NCBI RefSeq assembly: GCF_902713615.1 | Contig: NC_052151.1 | Span: forward strand, 201,775,703-201,839,702 | Length of the DNA stretch: 64,000 nucleotides | Source: Scyliorhinus canicula | Lineage: Eukaryota | Direction of reading: 5' to 3' | Shown here: positions 35,111 to 48,900 of the stretch, piece by piece | How positions within the stretch are numbered: position 1 is the stretch's first letter | Layout of the letters: every line of letters begins with the position of its first letter | The notes under the pieces: model-generated | The model's database searches: none | Seen by the model: only the letters and a program-made list of their open reading frames with translations | What the model was told of the DNA's origin: nothing | Program-made: the position numbers and the translations under genes

Positions 35111-38100
35111 TGTGATAAAACACTGTTATACCTGTAGTAGGTGATGTAAGGTCGGACCTGTACTACACATTCGCCATTAGTCCCTGCCTGCTGGCTCCGC
35201 CCAGTAGCGTGTCCTCTATTCAGCAGCCATTTCGCCAGCTGCTGTGGGAGGCCACACATCTTACTGCAATAAAGCCACTGTTGTATCCAACCTTAGTGTT
35301 TGTACAATTGATCGTGCATCAATTTATTGCTCTATGATTTTCCAAAAGATGGACCTCCGAATCAAACTAGATCGCCTGCAGCTGGATCCGCACTCAAGCG
35401 ACGCCAAAAAGGACTTTAATCACTGGCTAGCTTGCTTCGAGGCCTCTATCAACTCAGCAACCACCCCTCCGACGGAGGCTCAGAAGATACAGATCCTATA
35501 CTCAAGGTTGAGCTCCAACGTGTTTCCGCTGATCCAGGATGCCCCAACCTACGCCGAAGCCATGGCACTCCTCAAAGAAAACTATGCACAGAAAACGAAC
35601 ACACTCGCCACTCGCTCTCAACTCCCTGGTGAGTCCATAGAAGACTTCTGGCGGGACCTAATCCCACTCGTCCGGGACTGTGACTGCCAGGCCATTTCAG
35701 CCACCGAACATACCAACCTTCTTATGCGCGATGCATTTGTAACGGGGATTGTGTCGGACCTCGTACACTAGACTGCTAGAACCTAGCTCGACCTAGCTGA
35801 GACTAAAAAGCTAGCACTCTCCATGACGGTCGCCTCACGTTATGCTCAGGCCTACCCCTCCCGCCGCGCGGCCCACCCCTCCTATCCCTCGTGGACCCCA
35901 CAGACGGCCGCCCCAGCCGGGGCTTTACCCAGCCAGTATGCCTGCACCACACGCCAACCCGCGCACCCCGGTGGTCCCCAATGTTACTTCTGCAGCCAGC
36001 AGAAGCACCCCCGCCAACACTGCCCGGCCCGCATTGCCATTTTCAAGGCTTGCGGCAAAAAGGGGCACTTCGCCACGGTGTGCCAGGCCCGCGCAGTCGC
36101 CGCTATCGCCCCCTGACCTACACACAATGGGCGCCGCCATCTTCGTCCCGGACCAGGCGCGGCCTGTGGGCGCTGCCATCTTCACCTTCCGGGGCCGCGA
36201 GCGGCCAGAGGGCGCCGCCATCTTCCCCCCCTCAGTCCACGTGTGGCCCATGGGCACCACCACCTTGTCCAGCCCCCGCAACGTGCGGCCCATGGGCGCC
36301 ACCATTTTGTCCCCCGCAGGATTTTCAGGCGCCGCCATCTTGTCTTCCCCACTGGGCATGGCACCGTCGGCATTCCCTGAACTAGGTCCCCCCCCCCCCC
36401 CCCACTTTCCATCTTCTGACGCCAGCGACGACCGACCACAGCTCACCTCAGTGACGATCGACCAGTCACGTCAGCATAACCTGGCCACCGCTTTGAACAG
36501 TCTGAGAATCAATGCCCATGTGACCTCTTGCCTGCTGGACTCCGGGAGCACCAAAAGCTTCATCCACCTGGATACGACAAGGCGCTGCTCCCTCGCGGTC
36601 CACCCCGCCAATCAAAGAATCTCCCTGGCCTCCGGATCCCATTCCATCGCGATCCGGGGGTTCTGCACGGTCACTCTCATGGTCTAGGGCATAGAATTCA
36701 GCGGCTTCCGCCTCTACGTCATTCCTAATCTCTGCGTTGAACTACGACTAGACCTGGACTTCCAGTGCAATCTCCAGAGCCTTACCCTCAAATTTGGCGG
36801 GCCCCTACCACCCCTCACTGTGTGCTGCCTCGCAACCCTAAAGTTCGACCCACCCTTCCTTTTTGTCAATCTAACTCCGGATTGCAAACCCGTCGCCACC
36901 AGGAGCAGACGGTACAGCACCCAGGACAAGACCTTCATCAGGTCCGAGGTCCAGCGGCTGCTACGGGGAGGCATCATCGAGGCCAGCAACAGCCCTTGGA
37001 GAGCCCAAGTGGTAGTGGTTAAAACTGGGGAGAAACACAGAATGGTCGTGGACTATCAGTACATTCAGCTTGATGCGTACCCCCTCCCATGCATATCTGA
37101 TATGGTCAATCAGATCGCGCAGTACCAGGTCTTCTCAACGATAGACCTCAAATCCACCTACCACCAGCTCCCCATTCGTAAATCGGACCGTCCATACACT
37201 GCCTTCGAGGCGGACGGTTGTCTCTATCACTTCCTCAGGGTTCCCTTCGGCGTCACTAACAGGGTCTCGGTCTTCCAAAGGGAGATGGACCGAATGGTCG
37301 ACCGGTATGCAGGCCACCTTCCCGTACCTAGATAACATCACCATCTGCGGCCACGATCAGCAGGACCATGACGCCAACCTTGACAAATTCCTCCACACCG
37401 CCACTCTCCTCAACCTCACCTACAACAAGGAGAAGTGTGTGTTCAGCACAACCCGCTTAGCCATCCTCGGCTACATAGTCCAAAACGGACTACTGGGGCC
37501 CGATCCCGACTGCATGCGCCCCCTCATGGAGCTTCCCCTCCCCCACTGCCCCAAGGCCCTAATGCTGCCTGGGGTTCTTCTCCTACTACGCCCAGTGGGT
37601 CCCAAACTATGCGGACAAGGCCCGTCCACTCATTTAATCCATCCACTTTCCTCTTAGGGCCGAGGCACAACAGGCCTTCGCCCGTATCAGAGCTGATAAA
37701 GCCAAGGCCGGGATGCACGCTGTAGACGAGACACTGCCCTTCAAAGTAGAAAGCGACGCATCAGATGTCACCCTTGCCGCCACCCTCAACCAGGCAGGCA
37801 GACCCGTGGCATTCTTTTCCCGCGCCCTTCATGCCTCAGTAATTCGGCACTCATCCGTCGAAAAAGAGGCCCCCGATGCCCTATCCTGAGGTGCATGTGC
37901 CAGCGCACAAGTGGACTGACTCCAGGCCCTACACGATGGTCTCTGTCACCCAGGGGTCACCCGGTTCTTTACTTCATAAAGGTCCGCAACCTGCCCTACT
38001 CCATTGGGGAGGTCAGGGCTGTCACCAGAGACTGCCAGGTCTGCGCGGAGTGCAAACCGCACTTCTACCAGCCAGACCGAGCGCACCTGGTGAAGGCTTC

Positions 38101-39288
38101 TCATCCCCTTGAACGCCTCAGCATGGACTTCAAAGGGCCCCTCCCCTTCTCCGACTGAAACACGTACTTCCTGAACGTGGTCGATGAATACTCCAGATTT
38201 CCCTTCGCCATCCCATGCCCCGCTATGACGTCTGCCACAGTCATCAAGGCTTACGTCCACAGTGACCAGGGATCCTCCTTTATGAGCGATGAGCTGCGTC
38301 AGTTCCTGCTCAGCAAGGGCATTGCCTCGAGCAGGATGACCAGCTACAACCCCCGGGGAAACGGGCAGGTGGAGAGGGATAACGGGACGGTCTGGAAGGC
38401 CGTCCTGCTGACCCTACGCTCTAAAACATCTCCCGGTCTCCCGCTGGCAGGAGGTCCTCCCTGACACGCTCCACTCCATCCAATCGCTACTCTGCACTGC
38501 GACTAATGAAACCCCCCATAAACGTCTCCTTGCCTTCCCTAGGAAGTCCACCTCCGGGGTTTCGCTCCCAACATGGCTGGCAGCTCCAGGACCCGTTCTC
38601 CTCCGCAAAGACGTGCGGCTACACAAGGCGGACCCGTTGGTCAAAAGGGTACAGCTGCTGCATGCGAACCACGTGGCGTACCCCGACGGCCACCAAGTCG
38701 TAGTATCCCTCGGGGACCTGGCACCAGCTGGTTCCCCCCCCCCCTCCAATTGCCCCGGTGCCACCCATCCTCCCCCAGCGCACCTCACTACAGCCCCCGC
38801 TTCAGAACGATCTGTCCTCCCATTGGTTCCACCAGGGGATGAGGATGAGCACTACAAGCTCCCGGAGTCACAGGCGACCAAGCCGGCGCCTGCATCACCA
38901 CCGGGACAGCGGCGCTCACAGCGGAGGATCAAGGCACCTGACTGGCTGAATTTGTAATCTTTCACCAGACTGTCAACTTTAAATTCTCACATACCTGTAA
39001 ATAGTTTTTCCACCATCCCCGCTGGACTCCTTTTTTCACAGGGGGGTGAATGTGGTAGTCACCACTGTTTGTATAATACGTGTATTGGAGGTAATACGGT
39101 AAGGCTCCTGTACTACAGGTACAGGGGTAGATCGCTGCCTGCTGGCTCCGCCCAGTAGGCAGAGTATAAATGTGTGTGCTCACCGAGGTGCAGCCATTTC
39201 AGCAGCAGCTGCAGGAGGCACCACATCTCTGCTTAATAAAGCCTCGATTATTCTTGACTCTCGTCTCATGATAATTGATAGTGCAAGA
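35111..39288 (+). mobile_element. Near full-length defective Gypsy retrotransposon (5' LTR 35111-35321; 3' LTR from 39051)
   Basis: gag MDLRIKLDRL...CYFC..KH..C..CGKKGH..VC; protease LLDSGST; RT YLDNITI; RNase H ESDASD..RPVAFFSR; integrase DFKGPL, VDEYSRF, HSDQG, YNPRGNGQVER; PPT AGGGGGGTGAA; many frameshifts and deletions. Confidence 0.95.
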
Positions 39289-39416
39289 CTCTTCTGAGTG
39301 TCACATCCTGTAAATTATGTTAATTTTCAATGACCATAAGATGACGTTTGTTCCATTATCTGCTTCCTGACTTCAACTAAATCGATTCGTTTCGACCTAA
39401 AACGAGTAATTTCTCA
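39289..39416 (+). promoter_or_regulatory. Putative proximal promoter/5' UTR of gene B
   Basis: ETS-type motifs CACATCCTGT (39302) and TGCTTCCTGA (39361) and a CRE-like ATGACGT, immediately 5' of the signal-peptide ATG. Confidence 0.45.
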
Positions 39417-39468
39417 ATGGCAACGATCTTCAACCTGCTCTGTGTCTCCCTTTCTGCTTTCCGTATTG
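39417..39468 (+). CDS. Gene B exon 1: signal peptide
   Basis: MATIFNLLCVSLSAFRI+G with strong donor G|GTAAGA; phase 1 joins TT at 62150 to give Val in frame with the IgV exon. Confidence 0.72.
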
Positions 39469-39950
39469 GTAAGAAATATCATTTATAATCCATTCTGTTT
39501 TTGAAAATAGTGATCAGTCTGTAGGCCCGGCAAAGTGTTTCCAGTGTCGAAAGACCATTTAACCCTGCCGTAGCAGAATCTACTCGACCGCACCCTGAAG
39601 CAAGTCGCATTCACTCTATTCACCATCTTTCTCTCTCCCTCCCTTGCCGCCCTCGCTGTCTTCCTCTTTCTCTGTCACTGTCTCTCTCTCTCTCTCTTTC
39701 CCTCTCGCACTCACTTTATGAGCCTTTACTTCATTTACGAGAAGTGTTCATGTCTCACCACATCCTGCCAATGAGGTTTATTGAAAGAAATGCCACCATT
39801 ACGGACAAACATTTTTTGTTCCATTTCCACGACTACAAACCGCACCAGAAGTTGTTTCAGATTAATTTGGTGCTTCAAAGTAAAAGTTAACAATACCAAC
39901 AAAATCAGATTATTCAGGTGGAATAATTATTTGCTGCCAGAAAATATATT

Positions 39951-42900
39951 TTCTGTGTCTAACCCCGTGCTACATCTGTCCAGGAAATGTTTGATGCGGA
40001 CAGTGCAGAGGGAGCTTTACTCTGTATCTAACCCCATGCTGTACCTGTCCTGTGAGTGTTTGATGGGGACTGTGTCGAGGGAGCTTTACTCTGTATCTAA
40101 CCGCATGCTGTACCTGGCCTGGGAGTGTTTGATGGGGACAGTGTAGAGGGAGCTTTACTCTGTATCTAACCCCGTGCTGTACCTGTCCTGGGAGTTTTTG
40201 ATGGGGAAAGTGTAGAGGGAGCTTTACTCTGTATCTAACCTCATGCTCTACCAGGTCGGGGAGTGTTTGATGGGGAAAGTTAGAGGGAGCTTTACTCTGT
40301 ATCTAACCCCGTGATATACCTGTCCTGGGAGTGTTTGACGGGGACAGTGTAGAGGGAGCTTTACTCTGTATCTAACCCCGTGCTGTACCTGTCCTGTGAG
40401 TGTTTGATGGGGACAGTGTCGAGGGAGCTTTACCCTGTATCTAACCCCATGCTGTACCTGGCCTGGGAGTGTTTGATGGGGACAGTGTAGAGGGAGCTTT
40501 ACTCTTTATCTAACCCCGTGCTGTACCTGTCCTGGGAGTGTTTGATGGGGACAGTGTAGAGGGAGCTTTACTCTTTATCTAACCCCGTGCTGTACCTGTC
40601 CTGGGAGTGTTTGATGGGGACAGTGTAGAGGGAGCTTTACTCTGTATCTAACCTGTCCTGAGAGTGTTTGATGGGGACAGTGTAGAGGGTGCTTTTCTCT
40701 GTATCTAACCCCATGTTGTACCTGTCCTGGGAGTGTTTGATGGGGACAATATAGAGGGAGCTTTACTCTGTATCTAACCCCGTGCTGTACCAGTCCTGGG
40801 AGTGTTTGATGGGGAATGTTAGAGGGAGCATTACTCTGTATCTAACCCCGTGCTATACCTGTCCTGGGAGTGTTTGATGGGGATAGTGTAGAGGGAGCTT
40901 TATCCTGTATCTAACCCCGTGCTGTACCTGTCCTGGGAGTGTTTGATGGGGATAGTGTAGTGGGAGCTTTACTCTGTATCTAACCCCGTGCTGTACCTGT
41001 CCTGGGAGTTTTTGATGGGGACAGTGTAGAGGGAGCTTTACTCTGTATCTAAGCCCGTGCTGTTCCTGTCCTGGGAATATTTGATGGGGACAGTGTGGAG
41101 GGAGCTTTACTCTGTATCTAACCCCGTGCTGTACCTGTCCTGGGAGTGTTTGATGGGGACAGTGTCGAGGGAGTTTTGCTCTGCATCTAACCCCGTGCTG
41201 TACCTGTCCTGGGAGTGATTGATGGGGACAGTGTAGAGGGAGCTTTACTCTGTATCTAGCTCCGTGCTGTATCTGTCCTGGGAGTGTTTGATGGGGGCAG
41301 TGTCGAGGGAGCTTTACTCTGTATCTAACCCCATTCTGTACCTGTCCTGGGAGTATTTGATGGGGACAGTGTAGCGGGTGCTTTACTCTGTATCTAACCC
41401 CGTGCTGTACCTGTCCATGGAGTGTTTGATGGGGACAGTGCAGAGGGAGCTTTACTCTGTATCTAACCCCGTGCTGTACCTGTCCTGGGAGTGTTTGATG
41501 GGGACAGTGTAGAGGGAGCTTTACTCTGTATCTAACCCCGTGTTGTACCTGTCCTGGGAGTGTTTGATGGGGACAGTGTAGAGGGAGCTTTACTCTGTAC
41601 CTTACCCCGTGCTGTACCTGTCCTAGGAGTGTTTGATGGGGACAGTGTAGCGGGTGCTTTACTCTGTATCTAACCCCGTGCTGTACCTGTCCTGTGAGTG
41701 TTTGATGGGGACAGTGTCGAGGGAGCTTTACTCTGTCTCTAACCCCGTGATGTACCTGTCCTGGGAGTGTTTGATGGGTGATGTACCATCAATTGGACGC
41801 GAGCCACGATGAAAGTCCAAACTTAGGCTTTAATCAGCTAGATGTTAGCCCGGTGGTCGACTGCAGAGAAAGGCCGACCGCCGGGAAGGGTCTACTTGCC
41901 TCTCGACCAATTGGTGAGCAGTCACATGACTAGTCGCAGCCAACCAGACGAGATGCACATGACCAGCCACAGCCAGTGGGAAACCAGTGCTCTGCACCAA
42001 TGGCAGTGCTCCCATTCATACCACCACAATGGGGACAGTGTCGAGGGAGTTTTACTCTGTACCTAACCCCGTGCTGTTCCTGTCCTGGGAGTGTTTGATG
42101 AGGACAGTGTCGAGGGAGTTTTACTCTATATCTAACCCTGTGCTGTACCTGTCCTGGGAGTGTTTGATGGGGACAGTGTAGAGGAAGCTTTACTCTGTAT
42201 CTAACCCCGTGCTGTACCTGTCCTGGGAGTGTTTGATGGGGACAGTGTAGAGGGAGCTTTACTCTGTATCTAACCCCGTGCTGTTCCTGCCCTGGGAGTG
42301 TTTGATGGGGACTGTGTAGAGGGAGCTTTACTCTGTATCTAACCCCGTGCTGTACCTGTCCTGGGAGTGTTTGATGGGGACAGTGTCGAGGGAGCTTTAC
42401 TCTGTATCTAACCCCATGCTGTACCTGTCCTAGGAGTGATTGATGGGGACAGTGTAGAGGGAGCTTTACTCTGTATCTAACCCCGTGCTGTACCTGTCCT
42501 GTGAGTGTTTGATGGGGACAGTGTCGACGCAGCTTTAGTCTGTCTCTAACCCCGTGCTGTACGTGTCCTGGGAGTGTTTGATGGGGACAGTTACGAGGGA
42601 GCTTTACTCTTTATCTAACCCTGTGATGTACCTGTCGTGCGAGTGTTTGATGGGGACAGTGTAGCGGGTGCTTTACTCTGTATCTAACCCCGTCCTGTAC
42701 CTGTCCTGTGAGTGTTTGATGGGGACAGTGTCGAGGGAGCTTTACTCTGTATCTAACCCCGTGATGTACCTGTCCTGGGAGTGTTTGATGGGGACAGTGT
42801 CGAGGGAGCTTTACTCTGTCTCTAACCCCGTGATGTACCTGTCCTGGGAGTGTTTGATGGGTGATGTACCATCAATTGGACGCGAGCCACGATGAAAGTC

Positions 42901-45900
42901 CAAACTTAGGCTTTAATCAGCTAGATGTTAGCCCGGTGGTCGACTGCAGAGAAAGGCCGACCGCCGGGAAGGGTCTACTTGCCTCTCGACCAATTGGTGA
43001 GCAGTCACATGACTAGCCGCAGCCAATCAGACGAGATGCACATGACCAGCCAGAGCCAGTGGGAAACCAGTGCTCTGCACCAATGGCAGTGCTCCCATTC
43101 ATACCACCACAATGGGGACAGTGTCGAGGGAGTTTTACTCTGTACCTAACCCCGTGCTGTTCCTTTCCTGGGAGTGTTTGATGAGGACAGTGTCGAGGGA
43201 GCTTTACTCTATATCTAACCCTGTGCTGTACCTGTCCTGGGAGTGTTTGATGGGGACAGTGTAGAGGAAGCTTTACTCTGTATCTAACCCCGTGCTGTAC
43301 CTGTCCTGGGAGTGTTTGATGGGGACAGTGTAGAGGGAGTTTTACTCTGTATCTAACCCCGTGCTGTTCCTGTCCTGGGAGTGTTTGATGGGGACAGTGT
43401 AGAGGGAGCTTTACTCTGTATCTAACCCCGTGCTGTACCTGTCCTGGGAGTGTTTGATGGGGACAGTGTAGAGGGAGGATTACTCTGTATCTAACCCCGT
43501 GCTGTTCCTGTCCTGGGAGTGTTTGATGGGGACAGTGCAGAGGGAGCTTTACTCTGTATCTAACCCTGTGCTGTTCCTGTCCATGGAGTGTTTGATTGGG
43601 GACAGTGCAGAGGGAGCTTTACTCTGTATCTAACCCCGTGCTGTACCTATCCTGGGAGTGTTTGATGGGGACAGTGTAGAGGGAGCTTTACTCTGTATCT
43701 AACCCCGTGCTGTACCTGTCCTGGGAGTGTTTGATGGGGACAGTGTCGAGGGAGCTTTACTCTGTCTCTAACCCCGTGACGTGCCTGTCCTGGGAGTGTT
43801 TGATGGGTGATGTACCATTAATTGGACGCGAGGCACGATGAAGGTCCAAACTTAGGCTTTAATCAGCTAGATGTTAGCCCGGTGGTCGACTGCAGAGAAA
43901 GGCCGACCGCCGGGAAGGGTCTACTTGCCTCTCGACCAATTGGTGAGCAGTCACATGACTAGTCGCAGCCAATCAGACGATATGCACATGACCAGCCTGA
44001 GCCAGTGGGAAACCAGAGCTCTGCACCAATGGCAGTGCTCCCATTCATACCACCACAATGGGGACAGTGTCGATGGAGTTTTACTCTGTATCTAACCCCG
44101 TGCTGTACCTGCCCTGGGAATGTTTGATGGGGATAGTGTCGAGGGAGCTTTACTCTGTATCTAACCCCATGCTGTACCTGTCCTGGGAGTGTTTGATGGG
44201 GACAGTGTAGAAGATGCTTTACTCTGTGTCTAACCCCGCGCTGTACCTGTCCTGGGAGTGTTAATTGGGAACAGTGTAGAAGGAGCTTTATTCTTTATCT
44301 AACCCTGTGCTGTTCCTGTCCATGGAGTGTTTGATGGGGACAGTGCAGAGGGAGCTTTACTCTGTATCTAACCCTGTGCTGTTCCTGTCCTGGGAATGTT
44401 TGATGGGGACAGTGCAGAGGGAGCTTTACTCTGTATCTAACCCTGTGCTGTTCCTGTCCATGGAGTGTTTGATGGGGACAGTGCAGAGGGAGCTTTACTC
44501 TGTATCTAACCCCGTGCTGTACCTATCCTGGGAGTGTTTGATGGGGACAGTGCAGAGGGAGCTTTACTCTGTATCTAACCCCGTGCTGTACCTGTCCTGG
44601 GAGTGTTTGATGGGGACAGTGTCGAGGGAGCTTTACTCTGTCTCTAACGCCGTGACGTACCTGTCCTGGGAGTGTTTGATGGGCGATGTACCATCAATTG
44701 GACGCGAGTCACGATGAAGGTCCAAACTTAGGCTTTAGTCAGCTAGATGTTAGCCCGGTGGTCGACTGCAGAGAAAGGCCGACCGCCGGGAAGGGTCTAC
44801 TTCCCTCTCGACCAATTGGTGAGCAGTCACATGACTAGTCGCAGCCAATCAGAGGAGATGCACATGACCAGCCTGAGCCAGTGGGAAACCAGAGCTCTGC
44901 ACCAATGGCAGTGCTCCCATTCATACCACCTCAATGGGTCAGTGTCGATGGAGTTTTACTCTGTATCTAACCCCGTGCTGTTCCTGTCCTGGGAGTGTTT
45001 GATGGGGACAGTGTAGAGGGAGCTTTACTCTGTATCTAACCCCGTGCTGTACCTGCCCTGGGAATGTTTGATGGGGATAGTGTCGAGGGAGCTTTACTCT
45101 GTGTCTAACCCCGTGCTGTACCTGTCCTGGGAGTGTTAATTGGGAACAGTGTAGAAGGAGCTTTATTCTGTATCTAACCCCGTGCTGTACCTGTCCTGGG
45201 AGTGTTTGATGGGGACAGTGTAGACGGAGGATTACTCTGTATCTAACCCCGTGCTGTTCCTGTCCTGGGAGTGTTTGATGGGGACAGTGCAGAGGGAGCT
45301 TTACTCTGTATCTAACCCTGTGCTGTTCCTGTCCATGGAATGTTTGATGGGGACAGTGCAGAGGGAGCTTTACTCTGTATCTAACCCCGTGCTGTACCTA
45401 TCCTGGGAGTGTTTGATGGGGACAGTGTAGAGGGAGCTTTACTCTGTATCTAACCCCGTGCTGTTCCTGCCCTGGGAGTGTTTGATGGGGACTGTGTAGA
45501 GGGAGCTTTACTCTGTATCTAACCCCGTGCTGTACCTGTCCTGGGAGTGTTTGATGGGGACAGTGTCGAGGGAGCTTTACTCTGTATCTAACCCCATGCT
45601 GTACCTGTCCTAGGAGTGATTGATGGGGACAGTGTAGAGGGAGCTTTACTCTGTATCTAACCCCGTGCTGTACCTGTCCTGTGAGTGTTTGATGGGGACA
45701 GTGTCGACGCAGCTTTAGTCTGTCTCTAACCCCGTGCTGTACGTGTCCTGGGAGTGTTTGATGGGGACAGTTACGAGGGAGCTTTACTCTTTATCTAACC
45801 CTGTGATGTACCTGTCGTGCGAGTGTTTGATGGGGACAGTGTAGCGGGTGCTTTACTCTGTATCTAACCCCGTCCTGTACCTGTCCTGTGAGTGTTTGAT

Positions 45901-48900
45901 GGGGACAGTGTCGAGGGAGCTTTACTCTGTATCTAACCCCGTGATGTACCTGTCCTGGGAGTGTTTGATGGGGACAGTGTCGAGGGAGCTTTACTCTGTC
46001 TCTAACCCCGTGATGTACCTGTCCTGGGAGTGTTTGATGGGTGATGTACCATCAATTGGACGCGAGCCACGATGAAAGTCCAAACTTAGGCTTTAATCAG
46101 CTAGATGTTAGCCCGGTGGTCGACTGCAGAGAAAGGCCGACCGCCGGGAAGGGTCTACTTGCCTCTCGACCAATTGGTGAGCAGTCACATGACTAGCCGC
46201 AGCCAATCAGACGAGATGCACATGACCAGCCAGAGCCAGTGGGAAACCAGTGCTCTGCACCAATGGCAGTGCTCCCATTCATACCACCACAATGGGGACA
46301 GTGTCGAGGGAGTTTTACTCTGTACCTAACCCCGTGCTGTTCCTTTCCTGGGAGTGTTTGATGAGGACAGTGTCGAGGGAGCTTTACTCTATATCTAACC
46401 CTGTGCTGTACCTGTCCTGGGAGTGTTTGATGGGGACAGTGTAGAGGAAGCTTTACTCTGTATCTAACCCCGTGCTGTACCTGTCCTGGGAGTGTTTGAT
46501 GGGGACAGTGTAGAGGGAGTTTTACTCTGTATCTAACCCCGTGCTGTTCCTGTCCTGGGAGTGTTTGATGGGGACTGTGTAGAGGGAGCTTTACTCTGTA
46601 TCTAACCCCGTGCTGTACCTGTCCTGGGAGTGTTTGATGGGGACAGTGTAGAGGGAGGATTACTCTGTATCTAACCCCGTGCTGTTCCTGTCCTGGGAGT
46701 GTTTGATGGGGACAGTGCAGAGGGAGCTTTACTCTGTATCTAACCCTGTGCTGTTCCTGTCCATGGAGTGTTTGATTGGGGACAGTGCAGAGGGAGCTTT
46801 ACTCTGTATCTAACCCCGTGCTGTACCTATCCTGGGAGTGTTTGATGGGGACAGTGTAGAGGGAGCTTTACTCTGTATCTAACCCCGTGCTGTACCTGTC
46901 CTGGGAGTGTTTGATGGGGACAGTGTCGAGGGAGCTTTACTCTGTCTCTAACCCCGTGACGTGCCTGTCCTGGGAGTGTTTGATGGGTGATGTACCATTA
47001 ATTGGACGCGAGGCACGATGAAGGTCCAAACTTAGGCTTTAATCAGCTAGATGTTAGCCCGGTGGTCGACTGCAGAGAAAGGCCGACCGCCGGGAAGGGT
47101 CTACTTGCCTCTCGACCAATTGGTGAGCAGTCACATGACTAGTCGCAGCCAATCAGACGATATGCACATGACCAGCCTGAGCCAGTGGGAAACCAGAGCT
47201 CTGCACCAATGGCAGTGCTCCCATTCATACCACCACAATGGGGACAGTGTCGATGGAGTTTTACTCTGTATCTAACCCCGTGCTGTACCTGTCCTGGGAA
47301 TGTTTGATGGGGTCAGTGTCGAGGGAGCTTATCTCTGTATCCTACCCCATGCTGTACCTGTCCTCTGAGTGTTTGATGGGGACAGTGTAGAGGATGCTTT
47401 ACTCTGTGTCTAACCCCGTGCTGTACCTGTCCTGGGAGTGTTTATTGGGAACAGTGTAGAAGGAGCTTTATTCTTTATCTAACCCTGTGCTGTTCCTGTC
47501 CATGGAGTGTTTGATGGGGACAGTGCAGAGGGAGCTTTACTCTGTATCTAACCCTGTGCTGTTCCTGTCCTGGGAATGTTTGATGGGGACAGTGCAGAGG
47601 GAGCTTTACTCTGTATCTAACCCTGTGCTGTTCCTGTCCATGGAGTGTTTGATGGGGACAGTGCAGAGGGAGCTTTACTCTGTATCTAACCCCGTGCTGT
47701 ACCTATCCTGGGAGTGTTTGATGGGGACAGTGCAGAGGGAGCTTTACTCTGTATCTAACCCCGTGCTGTACCTGTCCTGGGAGTGTTTGATGGGGACAGT
47801 GTCGAGGGAGCTTTACTCTGTCTCTAACGCCGTGACGTACCTGTCCTGGGAGTGTTTGATGGGCGATGTACCATCAATTGGACGCGAGTCACGATGAAGG
47901 TCCAAACTTAGGCTTTAGTCAGCTAGATGTTAGCCCGGTGGTCGACTGCAGAGAAAGGCCGACCGCCGGGAAGGGTCTACTTCCCTCTCGACCAATTGGT
48001 GAGCAGTCACATGACTAGTCGCAGCCAATCAGAGGAGATGCACATGACCAGCCTGAGCCAGTGGGAAACCAGAGCTCTGCACCAATGGCAGTGCTCCCAT
48101 TCATACCACCTCAATGGGTCAGTGTCGATGGAGTTTTACTCTGTATCTAACCCCGTGCTGTTCCTGTCCTGGGAGTGTTTGATGGGGACAGTGTAGAGGG
48201 AGCTTTACTCTGTATCTAACCCCGTGCTGTACCTGCCCTGGGAATGTTTGATGGGGATAGTGTCGAGGGAGCTTTACTCTGTGTCTAACCCCGTGCTGTA
48301 CCTGTCCTGGGAGTGTTAATTGGGAACAGTGTAGAAGGAGCTTTATTCTGTATCTAACCCCGTGCTGTACCTGTCCTGGGAGTGTTTGATGGGGACAGTG
48401 TAGACGGAGGATTACTCTGTATCTAACCCCGTGCTGTTCCTGTCCTGGGAGTGTTTGATGGGGACAGTGCAGAGGGAGCTTTACTCTGTATCTAACCCTG
48501 TGCTGTTCCTGTCCATGGAATGTTTGATGGGGACAGTGCAGAGGGAGCTTTACTCTGTATCTAACCCCGTGCTGTACCTATCCTGGGAGTGTTTGATGGG
48601 GACAGTGCAGAGGGAGCTTTACTCTGTATCTAACCCCGTGCTGTACCTGTCCTGGGAGTGTTTGATGGGGACAGTGTCGAGGGAGCTTTACTCTGTCTCT
48701 AACCCCATGCTGTACCTGTCCTGGGAGTGTTTGATGGGGACAGTGTAGAAGATGCTTTACTCTGTGTCTAACCCCGCGCTGTACCTGTCCTGGGAGTGTT
48801 AATTGGGAACAGTGTAGAAGGAGCTTTATTCTGTATCTAACCCCGTGCTGTACCTGTCCTGGGAGTGTTTGATGGGGACAGTGTAGACGGAGCTTTTCTC

